From Fibrobacterota bacterium (GTDB lineage: Bacteria; Fibrobacterota; Fibrobacteria; UBA11236): a stretch of 48,822 nt of DNA. A model generated the notes under the pieces. The model saw only the letters and a list, made by a program, of their open reading frames with translations. It did no database searches and was not told the origin of the DNA. The stretch spans positions 1 to 48,822 of the forward strand of contig JAYUVP010000107.1 in the NCBI GenBank assembly GCA_043753995.1, read 5' to 3'. The position numbers and the translations under genes were made by a program. The stretch's first letter is position 1. Each line of letters opens with the position of its first letter. This document shows positions 37,458-47,109 of this stretch, one piece after another.

Positions 37458-37701
37458 CTGGGCCGGGAGCGGTCAGGTCTCCTAAGCCCTCAAGTCGTGT
37501 TGTGCGTTAGGACCCATTTGATATCCCAAGGCCTGAATTCAGACTTTCCCCAGAGATTCGGCACTTCCCCCCAGGGTACTACGGTAGGTCTTGCCACCAA
37601 GGACGGCTTTAAGGCCTGGAAAAGGTGATTGGAACCCCTTCAATTGCTAATTTCCTCCCCTTTTCGGGCGCCTACCAAGCCAAGGCCCCAGATCGGTTCC
37701 G

Positions 37702-40641
37702 ATGATTCTCAATACCTTGCTGACCAAGCTTTTCGGTACCAGCCATGACCGCGAGGTCAAGCGCATTCGTCCCATGGTGGATGAAGTCGGAAAATTCAGC
37801 CCGCAAATCGAAATTCTCGATGACGGCGCCCTGGTTGGCAAGACGGCGGAGTTTCGCGAGCAACTCAAAGCCGGCAAGACCCTCGACGATATTCTCATTC
37901 CCGCTTTCGCGGTTTGTCGCGAGGCTGCCGATCGCCGCCTGGGCATGCTCAATGTCCTTGAGGAACGCTTCGCCTTCGACTTGAGCCGCCTTTCTGCCGA
38001 TTCGCGTCGCCGGATCGAGGAAGCCCGCGAGAAATTAGCCGCTGGGGAAGCGCATCATACCTTGCTTTTCCCAGCTTCCTTCTATGCTGAGATCCGCAAG
38101 CTTTATCCCGAAAGCCGATTTCCTTTCCGCTATCGGCCTTTTGACGTTCAGCTCATCGGTGGCGTGGTTTTGCATGAAGGCAAAATCGCCGAAATGAAAA
38201 CGGGTGAAGGCAAAACCGTGGTCGCCACCTTACCCGTGTATTTGAATGGCTTGTCAAGTCTAGGTGTGCATGTGGTCACGGTCAATGATTACCTAGCCAA
38301 GCGCGATGCCGAAACCATGGGTAAGGTTTATCGCTTCCTGGGTTTGACGGTCGGCATTATTGTGCATGGCCTCAGCGAGGCACAGCGCAAAGAAAATTAT
38401 GGCGCCGACGTCACCTATGGCACCAACAATGAATTCGGCTTCGACTATTTGCGCGATAATATGGCCCACAATATCGAAGATTGCGTGCAACGTGAGCTGA
38501 ATTACGCCATCGTCGACGAAGTCGATTCGATTTTAATCGACGAAGCCCGTACGCCCCTCATCATATCCGGCCCCGCCGAGGAAAGCACCGACAAATACGT
38601 TAAGGCCAATGAAGTCGTGCGCTTTCTCGAAAAGGACGTGCATTTTACCCTCGACGAAAAAGAAAAGCATGTCTCGCTCACGGAAGAGGGCGTGAATGTC
38701 TGCGAAAGCAAACTTGGCCTGGAAAACCTGTATGGGGACCTTAATGTCGAATGGGTGCATCACGTCTCCCAGGCTTTAAAGGCCCATGTGATTTTCAAGC
38801 GCGATGTCGACTATATGGTGCGCAATCGCCAAATCGTCATCGTCGACGAATTCACCGGCCGACTCATGGAAGGCCGCCGCTACAGTGAAGGCCTGCACCA
38901 AGCCATTGAGGCCAAGGAAGGCGTACCGATTCTGCGTGAGAATCAAACTCTCGCCACCATCACCTTCCAAAACCTGTTCCGGCTTTATAAGAAGCTGGGC
39001 GGCATGACGGGTACGGCCGACACCGAAGCCACCGAGCTCTTCCAGATTTACAAGCTCAAGGTGGTGGTCATTCCCACCAATCGCGACATGGTTCGCAAAG
39101 ACATGGACGACGTGGTTTTCACCACTCGTAAAATGAAGCTGAAAACCATTGCGGACGACATTAAGGAGCGGTATCAAAAGGGCCAGCCTATCCTGGTGGG
39201 CACGGTTTCCATCGAAAAGAGCGAAGAGCTTTCCCAACTGCTTCAGCGCGAGGGCGTGCCGCACAATGTGCTCAATGCCAAGCATCATGAACGCGAAGCG
39301 TCTTTCATTGCCGAAGCTGGCCAAAAGGGCAAGGTCACCATCGCCACCAATATGGCCGGACGTGGAACCGACATTCAATTAGGTGAGGGCGTTTCCGACC
39401 TCGGCGGGCTTTATGTTCTCGGCACGGAGCGCCACGAAAGCCGTCGTATCGACAATCAATTGCGTGGTCGATCGGGGCGTCAGGGTGATCCGGGTGAATC
39501 GCAATTCTATTTGTCGCTTGAAGACGATTTGATGCGCATTTTCGGTGGCGAGCGCTTGCAGCGGTTGATGGCGCGTTTCGGCGTCAAGGACGACGAAGTC
39601 ATTGCCCATCCCATGGTCAATCGCTCCATCGCCACCGCGCAAAAGAGGGTTGAAGGCCAGAATTACGAAATACGTAAGCATTTGCTCGAATACGACGATG
39701 TGATGAATAAGCAGCGCACCGTCATCTATTCCTTGCGCCGTCGCATCCTTCTAGGCGAAGACATTCGCGTCGAAATCGAATCGCGCATTGAAGAGGCCAT
39801 TGAATCCGTGCTTGCTGTCTATACCATGGCGGGAAGCTACCCCGAAAGCTGGGATCGCGAAAAGCTCGAACTCGAAGTTCAGCGGGCTTTCGCCATCGAT
39901 TGGAAGATCGCGGAAGAAGAAATGCATGCCCTCACCGCCGAAGCGGCTCTGGATGCCGTGACGGAAAAAGCCCGCGCGCATTACAATGATATCGAAAAGA
40001 GCATTGGTTCCGAGCAATTGCGCGAAATCGAGCGCCAGGTTTTACTGGGCGTCATCGACCATGTTTGGCGCGAACATCTTTATGCCATGGATCATTTGCG
40101 TGACTCGACCCGCTTCCGCGGATATGCCCAAAAAGATCCCCTGACCGAATACAAGAAGGAAGGCTTTGCCCTGTTTGAAGGTTGCCTGGAACGGGTGGCT
40201 TTCGAAACCACGTCCCGCATTTTGCATATCGACCCGGATTTCCTGAAGCGCCAGCATGAAGCCATGGTCAAAGCCCAGGAAATGGAAATGCGCCGTCGCC
40301 AAACCCTGCAATTCAGTGGAGCCATGGATGCCACGGCTTTGCCTCGTTTCGAAGGCGGAGCGCCAGCGGGCCAGGGTCAGGGCGCAAGCCCAGGCGTGCA
40401 AGTGAAGGTCGTGTCGCGCAAAGCTCCGCAGCCGCCCCAAGCCGCAATGCAGGACGCTCAGGAAGTGGATTCTGTGAAAGCCCCCGAGCGGACCCTGCCG
40501 GCCCAGCCGGTATCCGCACGTCCTGCGGCAGCGGGCGGCCTTAATTTATCCCCGGAAGCACTCAAAGCCATTGGGCGCAATGATGTTTGCCCTTGCGGTT
40601 CGGGGAAAAAGTTCAAAAAGTGCCATGGCGTGAATCTGTGA
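37702..40641 (+). CDS. secA: Preprotein translocase ATPase SecA
   Basis: EMKTGEGKT, DEVDSILIDEARTPLIISG, ATNMAGRGTDI, RGRSGRQGDPG, SEC-C GRNDVCPCGSGKKFKKCHG. Confidence 0.99.
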   Translation: MILNTLLTKLFGTSHDREVKRIRPMVDEVGKFSPQIEILDDGALVGKTAEFREQLKAGKTLDDILIPAFAVCREAADRRLGMLNVLEERFAFDLSRLSADSRRRIEEAREKLAAGEAHHTLLFPASFYAEIRKLYPESRFPFRYRPFDVQLIGGVVLHEGKIAEMKTGEGKTVVATLPVYLNGLSSLGVHVVTVNDYLAKRDAETMGKVYRFLGLTVGIIVHGLSEAQRKENYGADVTYGTNNEFGFDYLRDNMAHNIEDCVQRELNYAIVDEVDSILIDEARTPLIISGPAEESTDKYVKANEVVRFLEKDVHFTLDEKEKHVSLTEEGVNVCESKLGLENLYGDLNVEWVHHVSQALKAHVIFKRDVDYMVRNRQIVIVDEFTGRLMEGRRYSEGLHQAIEAKEGVPILRENQTLATITFQNLFRLYKKLGGMTGTADTEATELFQIYKLKVVVIPTNRDMVRKDMDDVVFTTRKMKLKTIADDIKERYQKGQPILVGTVSIEKSEELSQLLQREGVPHNVLNAKHHEREASFIAEAGQKGKVTIATNMAGRGTDIQLGEGVSDLGGLYVLGTERHESRRIDNQLRGRSGRQGDPGESQFYLSLEDDLMRIFGGERLQRLMARFGVKDDEVIAHPMVNRSIATAQKRVEGQNYEIRKHLLEYDDVMNKQRTVIYSLRRRILLGEDIRVEIESRIEEAIESVLAVYTMAGSYPESWDREKLELEVQRAFAIDWKIAEEEMHALTAEAALDAVTEKARAHYNDIEKSIGSEQLREIERQVLLGVIDHVWREHLYAMDHLRDSTRFRGYAQKDPLTEYKKEGFALFEGCLERVAFETTSRILHIDPDFLKRQHEAMVKAQEMEMRRRQTLQFSGAMDATALPRFEGGAPAGQGQGASPGVQVKVVSRKAPQPPQAAMQDAQEVDSVKAPERTLPAQPVSARPAAAGGLNLSPEALKAIGRNDVCPCGSGKKFKKCHGVNL

Positions 40642-41291
40642 AATTCGGCGCTTTCCCGGGTCGCTTTCTCGTCTTTGAAGGCGTAGACGGATCGGGGAAA
40701 TCCACCCAGGTCGGACTATGCGTCGAGGCGCTACGGGCTTCGGGTCAGGATGTGGTGCAAGTTCGCGAGCCGGGGGGTACCGCTTTATCCCAGGCCATAC
40801 GCGAACTCGTGCTCGACCCTACGCGCAGCGTTTCGCCCGAAGCCGAATTATTGCTCTATATGGCAGCACGCGCCCAACTGGTAGCCGAAGTCATTAGACC
40901 TGCCCTCATTGCCGGAAAAGTCGTGGTCGCCGATCGTTTTGGTTGGTCCACCTATGCCTATCAGGGCTATGGACGCGGCCTCAATCGCGACATGATTGCT
41001 TCCTTAATGGCAGCAGCTTGCGGCGAGGTGTGGCCGGATTTCATCCTCGTCTTGGACATCGCCCCGGAAATCAGACGAAGCCGCCTGCTTGCCCAAGGTC
41101 GTTCCCTGGATCGCCTGGAGAGGGAAGACGATTCTTTTTTCGCCCGCGTTCGCGAAGGCTTTCATGCCTTGGTGGGGGAGGGGCAGACGCCGTCCCATTT
41201 GCTAGATGGCGGAGAATCTGTCGAAAGCCTGCAAAAAAGCATCTCCTACCTTATTCAGCCGTTTTTGCCGCCCCTTCCGGGTCTCCCTTAA
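40638..41291 (+). CDS. tmk: Thymidylate kinase
   Basis: FEGVDGSGKSTQ, REPGGT, DRF..ST.AYQG; GTGA overlap with secA. Confidence 0.95.
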   Translation: MKFGAFPGRFLVFEGVDGSGKSTQVGLCVEALRASGQDVVQVREPGGTALSQAIRELVLDPTRSVSPEAELLLYMAARAQLVAEVIRPALIAGKVVVADRFGWSTYAYQGYGRGLNRDMIASLMAAACGEVWPDFILVLDIAPEIRRSRLLAQGRSLDRLEREDDSFFARVREGFHALVGEGQTPSHLLDGGESVESLQKSISYLIQPFLPPLPGLP

Positions 41292-41333
41292 AAAAACCGC
41301 AGGCATACCCGATGCCCTACGGAAGGTTGTAAA

Positions 41334-43082
41334 ATGCATGTCATGGATGACGCCACCGAAATTCAAATAGAAAATGCCAAGCCCAAACGCAAAAGCACCC
41401 TGTTTTACCTGACAGCGGTGGCGGTGGTAGGCGGCTTCGCCCTCATCAGCAATCATGTTCAGGCCGGCGGGGAAAAATTCTACAGCGACTTGATTCGTCT
41501 CGACAAAGTCGTGACCAAGATCAACGAGAACTATGTCGAAGACGTTTCCTCCGAGGAATTGGTCGATGCTGCCATCGCGGGCATTCGCAATATTCTCGAT
41601 CCGCATACAGCCTATTTTTCGCCCAAGGATTATGAAGATCTCAAGGTCAGTACCGAAGGTGAATTCGGTGGTCTGGGCATACAAATCGGCATTCGCGATC
41701 AAATCCTGACTGTCGTTTCCCCCTTGGCCGGAACACCGGCCCATCGCATGGGCATGCGCGCAGGCGATAAAATCATCAAAATCGATTCGATTTCGACTCA
41801 AGGGATCACCATCGATGATGCAGTGGAACATTTGCGCGGCAAACCCGGAAGTCCGGTCAAACTGACCTTGCTTCGTGAGGGGCTACTGGAACCGATCGAA
41901 TTCAATATTATTCGCGAAATCATTAAAATCGAAAGCGTGCCCTATGGCGGCATGCTCAATGATTCGGTGGGTTATATCAAGGTCACCCAATTTGCCAAGC
42001 GCACCGGCGCGGATCTCGAAGCCCGCATCAATGAACTAAAGAAACGCAATATGAAAGCCCTGGTGCTGGACTTGCGCGTGAATCCCGGTGGCCTTTTGAA
42101 TCAAGCCATTGAGGTGGCCGAGCAGTTTTTGGAAAAAGGCGAAATGGTGGTTTATACCAAGGGTCGGGTCAAAGGGCAAAACCAGGAATATCATAGCGGA
42201 CGTGCGCCGATTTGGACCCGCAAATTAGTGGTCATGGTCAATGAAAACAGTGCCTCGGCCTCTGAAATCGTGGCGGGAGCCATTCAGGATTGGGATCGTG
42301 GCTTGGTCATGGGCGAAAACACCTTTGGCAAGGGTTCGGTGCAAACCATATTGCAATTGGATGGTCAGAAAAACACCCTCAAGTTGACGACGGCCTACTA
42401 TTACACCCCTTCGGGACGCTGCATTAATAAGCCTGAAAATGCGGTGCGATTCAAGCACGTAGGCGATTCCGCCAAGGACACCACGACTTTCAAGACCCAT
42501 GCAGGACGCAAGGTGGTTGCGGGTGGCGGTATTGGCCCCGACGTGGTGATTAGCAGTCAAAAGCTTTCGCGCTTCGCCCAGGATTTATTGCGCAAGACCA
42601 TGTTCTTTAATTTCATTATTAAGAAGCGTGCAGAAATCGAGAAAATCTCCAAGGTGACTCCTGACTCCAAAATCGAGCCGGCCGTGATCGAGGAATTCCG
42701 AAAATTTGTTTTCGCGGATTCGGTTTTCGCCAACTATAAAAGCAGCGGACTCTTGGCCTTGGATGCTTTTCGCGAGGTTCTAAAGAAAGAAGGCAGCGAT
42801 ACGGGCAAAACCAAGTTGGGCCTAGAGGTGGAGCGGGAATTACAAGCGGTCGAAGCCACCTTGAAGTCGCAAACCACCAAGGAATTTGATCGCAATCTCG
42901 AATTCATTCAAAATCAATTAAAGGCGGAATTGCTCGGGGCCGTTTTGGGCGAAGACGCGCGCACGGCCTTTGAATTACAACATGATGTGCAAATCTCTGA
43001 GGCCTTGAAGTATATCGGTGACAATCGGATTTATACCAAGGGCTTCAAGACGGCGAAGGAAAAGGCTAAAGACAAGGGCTAG
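41334..43082 (+). CDS. S41A carboxy-terminal processing protease (PDZ)
   Basis: LDPH, GLGI PDZ loop, LDLR.NPGG, SASASEI, TFGKGSVQ. Confidence 0.95.
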   Translation: MHVMDDATEIQIENAKPKRKSTLFYLTAVAVVGGFALISNHVQAGGEKFYSDLIRLDKVVTKINENYVEDVSSEELVDAAIAGIRNILDPHTAYFSPKDYEDLKVSTEGEFGGLGIQIGIRDQILTVVSPLAGTPAHRMGMRAGDKIIKIDSISTQGITIDDAVEHLRGKPGSPVKLTLLREGLLEPIEFNIIREIIKIESVPYGGMLNDSVGYIKVTQFAKRTGADLEARINELKKRNMKALVLDLRVNPGGLLNQAIEVAEQFLEKGEMVVYTKGRVKGQNQEYHSGRAPIWTRKLVVMVNENSASASEIVAGAIQDWDRGLVMGENTFGKGSVQTILQLDGQKNTLKLTTAYYYTPSGRCINKPENAVRFKHVGDSAKDTTTFKTHAGRKVVAGGGIGPDVVISSQKLSRFAQDLLRKTMFFNFIIKKRAEIEKISKVTPDSKIEPAVIEEFRKFVFADSVFANYKSSGLLALDAFREVLKKEGSDTGKTKLGLEVERELQAVEATLKSQTTKEFDRNLEFIQNQLKAELLGAVLGEDARTAFELQHDVQISEALKYIGDNRIYTKGFKTAKEKAKDKG

Positions 43083-43097
43083 GCCCTTGTCCCATTT
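43071..43097. terminator. Hairpin/terminator at a convergent gene junction
   Basis: gacaagggc-TAG-gcccttgtc followed by ccattt. Confidence 0.6.
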
Positions 43098-43915
43098 TAT
43101 TTGCTGGCCTTGCTGCCATGCCGGGGGAGTCGCGTTTTGGCTCCCACTTTGAAGAGTCCACGATGTTCGACAACGGCGCCATTGCCGCTGAGGTGATAGG
43201 TCAACTTGCCTGGATTGCCCCACCATTCCGTTTGACCTGAGCCGCTAACCGTGAGATCCAGCCAAGCCCCGCCGTCCAAAGCGAGGGTCATGTCCCCTGA
43301 ACCTGCCATGACGGCTTGAATATCCGAGGCGGTCAAGGGATCCGCATACAATGCCCCGGAGCCATTCACCTGGGCTTTCAATATTGCGGCCGAGCCCTCC
43401 ATTTCCAAAATGCCATCGCCATTCACGACGGCGGTTAGCCTGTCCACATGGCCCCTGAAGAAAAGGTCGCCGCTGCCATTGAGTTCCAAGCGCAAGTCAC
43501 TCAGGATGCCGGTGGCTTCAAAGCTCACGTCGCCGTCGCCATTGTTCGCGAAAGAAGTCAAATAAGGGGACGTGATTACCACTTCGGCCTCGGCCGAAGG
43601 GCTGACATCATAAGCCCAATCGACTTCCAAAATGCCATTGCGAATGCTGGTGCGGCACGCCTCGGTGAGGTTGTCGTCCGTAGTGACGCGGGCGGAATAG
43701 CTGCCTCCGTCAACCACAGTAACATGCATGTTTCCATTGACTCGAATGCGGGAAAAGGCACTGAGGTCGCGAACCTCGGTTACAATGACTCCCTCTCCCT
43801 CGCCCACACCGACATCGAGATTCACCATGCATCCGCTCAAAAAGGAAGCGGCTGCGGCAAGACCTAAGGTTGCGACACGTAAGTTGCGATTGGGGTTATT
43901 CACAGGGTTGCGCAT
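43097..43915 (-). CDS. DUF2807 / head-GIN-domain lipoprotein (adhesin-like)
   Basis: Lipobox LSGC; G.G.IVTE.R....F..I; repeated xGSG/NG.G beta motifs; SGSG...W.GNP. Confidence 0.8.
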   Translation of the reverse strand: MRNPVNNPNRNLRVATLGLAAAASFLSGCMVNLDVGVGEGEGVIVTEVRDLSAFSRIRVNGNMHVTVVDGGSYSARVTTDDNLTEACRTSIRNGILEVDWAYDVSPSAEAEVVITSPYLTSFANNGDGDVSFEATGILSDLRLELNGSGDLFFRGHVDRLTAVVNGDGILEMEGSAAILKAQVNGSGALYADPLTASDIQAVMAGSGDMTLALDGGAWLDLTVSGSGQTEWWGNPGKLTYHLSGNGAVVEHRGLFKVGAKTRLPRHGSKASK

Positions 43916-43966
43916 GATGGCCTCGGGTGTCAGACGGTGAAAGGGATTCTTTCCTGCCGCCTATAA

Positions 43967-43983
43967 ATCAAAAGGCGGGCCAA
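43967..43983 (-). promoter_or_regulatory. Possible sigma54 promoter (variant -12 GA) for the DUF2807 gene
   Basis: TTGGCCCGCCTTTTGAT = GG-N10-GA, about 50 nt upstream of the ATG. Confidence 0.35.
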
Positions 43984-44134
43984 TTTTTTTTGAGCCGGGG
44001 CTATCGAAAATTGAAAGGTTTCGCCATTTGAGAATCCAATCGCCAGGTTGCTTGTCCACGCTCTTGACGCTCGGTGCCCAATTTCTAGGCAAGACAAAGG
44101 CCGCAATGCCATCGCTTTTTTGGAATAATGGGGC

Positions 44135-45433
44135 GTGCTCCAAATTCGAAATTTCCCCTGGCTGCTTCTCCTGACTGTGGCCATTATGCATGGCACCGTA
44201 GCCTGGCTGGGCTCGCGGCCAGACTTGTCGGGTGATGAACCGCGCTTTTGGTTGATGGCTGAAAATTTGACGCGCGGCGGATTCGCCAGCCAAGAGACTC
44301 GCCTATTATGGAATGGCCCAGGTTATCCGCTCACTTTATGGCCATGGTTTTATGCTCACGCCTCTCCCTTGTGGCCTCGCCTCGTTAATGCCCTGTGGAT
44401 GTCGGTGGGTGCCTTCGCCGCCTGGCAATGGTTTCGAGATTGGAAATTGCCTCGCCCGGCACTTCAGGCTTTTTTCCTTTCTCTCTATTTGCTGTTCCAC
44501 GGTAGCTTGAGCGATCGCCTGATGTCCGAGCCCTTGGCAGCGGCCTTGGTGACTCTGGTGGCCTGTTTCCTCCAACGCACCTTGGCGCCGATTCCAGTGG
44601 CTTCCAATTCGAAATTTCAACGCGCGGCCTGGGTTGTGGCGACCGCCCTGGTCCTGGCTTGGTTACTGCTCACCAAGGTGTTTTTCGCCTATGCAGCTCT
44701 TGTTGCTTTGTTGATGGCGCTAGGACTTTGGGCCTTTCAAGGCTTGGGTAAAAAAGCAGAATGTCCTGCAAGCAACTTGGTTGCGATTTTGATCCTGGCC
44801 TTTCTGTTTTGCTCGCCCTATTTGCTTTATACCCAAAAGCTGACGGGACGTTTTTTTTATTGGGCCAATAGCGGAGGTGCTCAGCTTTATTGCCTTACCT
44901 TGCCCGAGCCGCGCTTCCTTGGGGATTGGCTCAATAGCGATGCCGTCCTTCAAAACCCAGAATTTTTTGGGGATCAAAGCCGCTTCTATGCCCGACTGGA
45001 CAGCCTCGATTATGTGACCCAGGACGACAGCTTGAAGGCGGCGGCCTGGCGAAATATTCGAGAGCATCCCGCCAAGGTTTTCCAGAATTGGCGGGCCAAT
45101 GTCAACCGTTTGGTTTTCGGACAACCCCTGACCGCCTATCCCGGGGGCTCCTTGGAATTAAAAACGGGCAACCGCAGCTTTGTTCAAGCTCTTTGGTTTT
45201 ATGCCGGTTTACCAGCCCTAGTTTGGATTTGGCTTCGCCGTCGCAAAGGAAATGGCAGGAGCCTCCCCCCGGGCTGGATACCCTTAGCCCTATTTTCGGG
45301 AATCAGCCTTTTCGGCCTCACCCTGCTAAGCACGGAACCACGCATGGTTTTCCCCCTGCTGCCGGTCCTCTATGGTTGTATTGCTTGGATATTTCAGCGG
45401 GGCGTGATTTGGCGCCCGGGTTCAAGCCGCTAA
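44135..45433 (+). CDS. Multi-pass membrane protein, ArnT/PMT-like (GT-C) glycosyltransferase candidate
   Basis: DE..F in the first loop, PGYPL, MSEPL, multiple TM segments, C-terminal EPR...P. Confidence 0.6.
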   Translation: MLQIRNFPWLLLLTVAIMHGTVAWLGSRPDLSGDEPRFWLMAENLTRGGFASQETRLLWNGPGYPLTLWPWFYAHASPLWPRLVNALWMSVGAFAAWQWFRDWKLPRPALQAFFLSLYLLFHGSLSDRLMSEPLAAALVTLVACFLQRTLAPIPVASNSKFQRAAWVVATALVLAWLLLTKVFFAYAALVALLMALGLWAFQGLGKKAECPASNLVAILILAFLFCSPYLLYTQKLTGRFFYWANSGGAQLYCLTLPEPRFLGDWLNSDAVLQNPEFFGDQSRFYARLDSLDYVTQDDSLKAAAWRNIREHPAKVFQNWRANVNRLVFGQPLTAYPGGSLELKTGNRSFVQALWFYAGLPALVWIWLRRRKGNGRSLPPGWIPLALFSGISLFGLTLLSTEPRMVFPLLPVLYGCIAWIFQRGVIWRPGSSR

Positions 45434-45616
45434 ATCGACTAACCCACCCACCCCGGGAGGATTGGCCGATCGAGGACTGGCGACGGGTGGCAAGGTCTGC
45501 AAAAGTTGCTGACTCATGCTTTTGGCCAAGTCCAAGCTTTTTTTAAGTAGCACCACATCCTTGCTACTCATGCCCGCCCCAGAATTGGAGCCAGTTGCGA
45601 CCGAGGCGATGTCCAT
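45422..45616 (-). CDS. YjfB-like putative motility protein
   Basis: 64 aa: MDIAS...LLKKSLD......QLLQ.L ...G..VDL.A, the YjfB family pattern. Confidence 0.75.
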   Translation of the reverse strand: MDIASVATGSNSGAGMSSKDVVLLKKSLDLAKSMSQQLLQTLPPVASPRSANPPGVGGLVDLAA

Positions 45617-45622
45617 GCCTTC

Positions 45623-45652
45623 ATTTTACCTGGCGGTTCGAAAAAGCACCAA
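45623..45652 (-). promoter_or_regulatory. Putative sigma70 promoter giving a leaderless mRNA for the YjfB-like gene
   Basis: TTGGTG-N18-TAAAAT-N6-ATG. Confidence 0.45.
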
Positions 45653-45774
45653 GCCCCGGACCCTTTGTCCAGCCTTTCCGATTGAGATGTTAGGGTTCGT
45701 CTTGCCCGAAGGTCGCCATGGATTTCTCAGCGTAAACCAATTGGGCTTTATGGGCTTTGGTACTTTTCGCGCAC

Positions 45775-47109
45775 ATGCCTTCTCCCTCGAAAAAATTCAT
45801 CATCGAAGGCGGCCGCAATCTCAAGGGTGAGGTGGCGGTACGCGGAGCCAAAAACGCGGTGACCAAGGAAATGGTGGCTGCCTTGCTAGCCCCTGGTATC
45901 ACCGATTTGGCTAATGTCCCAGATATCGGCGATGTTGCCATCACGCGCCGTATCCTCGAATCCCTGGGTTGCGTGATTCGCCATGAGGCGGATGCTGGCG
46001 ATTTGCGCATCGACGCGACCCACCTAAATGGCCCGGCCGTACCCATGGAATATTCCGGCCTGAATCGCATTCCCATTTTGCTGGCTGGCGTGCTTTTGCA
46101 TCGCTTCGGCCGCGCCATCATTCCCATGATGGGCGGCTGCGATATCGGACCGCGTCCCATTGATTTTCACTTGCAGGGTTTGCGCGATCTCGGTGCCCAC
46201 ATTGAATATCGCGAGGGTGCTTATCATTTTGAAGCCAAGCAGATGACGGGCGCGCGCATCACCTTGCCTTTCCCCAGCGTCGGCGCTACGGAAAACTTGC
46301 TCATGGCTGCCGCCCTGGCCAAAGGCACTACCGAAATTCGCAATGCCGCCATTGAGCCGGAAATCGTCGACCTAGCTTTATTGCTGCAATCCATGGGTGC
46401 CATCATTTCCCAAGAAACCGACCGCACCTGGATAGTGCAAGGTGTCACCGAATTGAAACCGGTCAAGCATCGCGTCATTAATGATCGCATTGAAGCCGCC
46501 AGCTTCGCCGTGTCGGCGATCGTAAGCCGCGGCGATGTTTTCGTGCGCGGCGCCGACCAACTTCATCTGCTCACCTTTCTCAACTGGCTACGTCGGGCCG
46601 GAGGCGCTTTCGAAGTGCAAGCCGACGGCATACGCTTTCTCGGCAAGGACAGTGACTTGCGACCCGTCGCCATGGAAACCGGGGTTCATCCGGGTTTTAT
46701 GACGGACTGGCAACAGCCTTTCGTGATTTTGCTCACCCAGGCCAAGGGACTTTCCGTCATTCACGAAACGGTTTACGAAAACCGCTTTGGTTATACTCAG
46801 ACATTGAATCGCATGGGCGCGAGCATTCAGCTTTTCAGCGAATGCCTCGGTGGAAATCCCTGCCGCTTCCGCCATTTGGGGCATCAACATTCGGCTGTCA
46901 TCCAGGGCCCGACGCGCTTGCGCGGTGCTCAAGTCGAAATTCCCGATTTGCGTGCGGGCTTCAGTTATCTCGTGGCGGCCGTTGTCGCCGAAGGCGTTTC
47001 CGAGCTTTCAGGTGTGCATTATATCGAGCGTGGCTATGACCGCGTGGTCGAAAAGTTCCGCGCTTTGGGGGCGCCCATCACTCTTCGCGAGGACGGTAAG
47101 GTTGGCTAA
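45775..47109 (+). CDS. murA: UDP-N-acetylglucosamine 1-carboxyvinyltransferase
   Basis: GAKNA, GGCDIG.RP (active-site Cys), SVGATEN, EPEI.DL, DRIEA, DLRAG, RGY. Confidence 0.95.
   Translation: MPSPSKKFIIEGGRNLKGEVAVRGAKNAVTKEMVAALLAPGITDLANVPDIGDVAITRRILESLGCVIRHEADAGDLRIDATHLNGPAVPMEYSGLNRIPILLAGVLLHRFGRAIIPMMGGCDIGPRPIDFHLQGLRDLGAHIEYREGAYHFEAKQMTGARITLPFPSVGATENLLMAAALAKGTTEIRNAAIEPEIVDLALLLQSMGAIISQETDRTWIVQGVTELKPVKHRVINDRIEAASFAVSAIVSRGDVFVRGADQLHLLTFLNWLRRAGGAFEVQADGIRFLGKDSDLRPVAMETGVHPGFMTDWQQPFVILLTQAKGLSVIHETVYENRFGYTQTLNRMGASIQLFSECLGGNPCRFRHLGHQHSAVIQGPTRLRGAQVEIPDLRAGFSYLVAAVVAEGVSELSGVHYIERGYDRVVEKFRALGAPITLREDGKVG

Noticed and set aside
37525..37560. Minus-strand ggggaaagtctg resembling the RNase P GAGGAAAGUCC motif
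   Set aside because: The other conserved RNase P regions are absent and the available space is too short.
37455..37628. TGA followed by CAGGTCT at the same offset as in the E. coli fdhF SECIS (from recall), with ~56 open codons after it; possible selenocysteine readthrough
   Set aside because: The flanking stem does not pair as in the SECIS, the protein already ends in a typical sorting-domain terminus (GKVAVIR), and there is no redox context.
37948..38133. SecA insertion as an intein
   Set aside because: Too short, and it lacks an N-terminal C/S and a C-terminal HN-[CST].
46850..47101. N-terminal extensions from the ORF track (ParA from 46850, large protein from 32757, galE from 7228, GH2 from 20864)
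   Set aside because: They overlap upstream genes or UTRs. Downstream starts with an RBS or coupling fit the family N-termini better.
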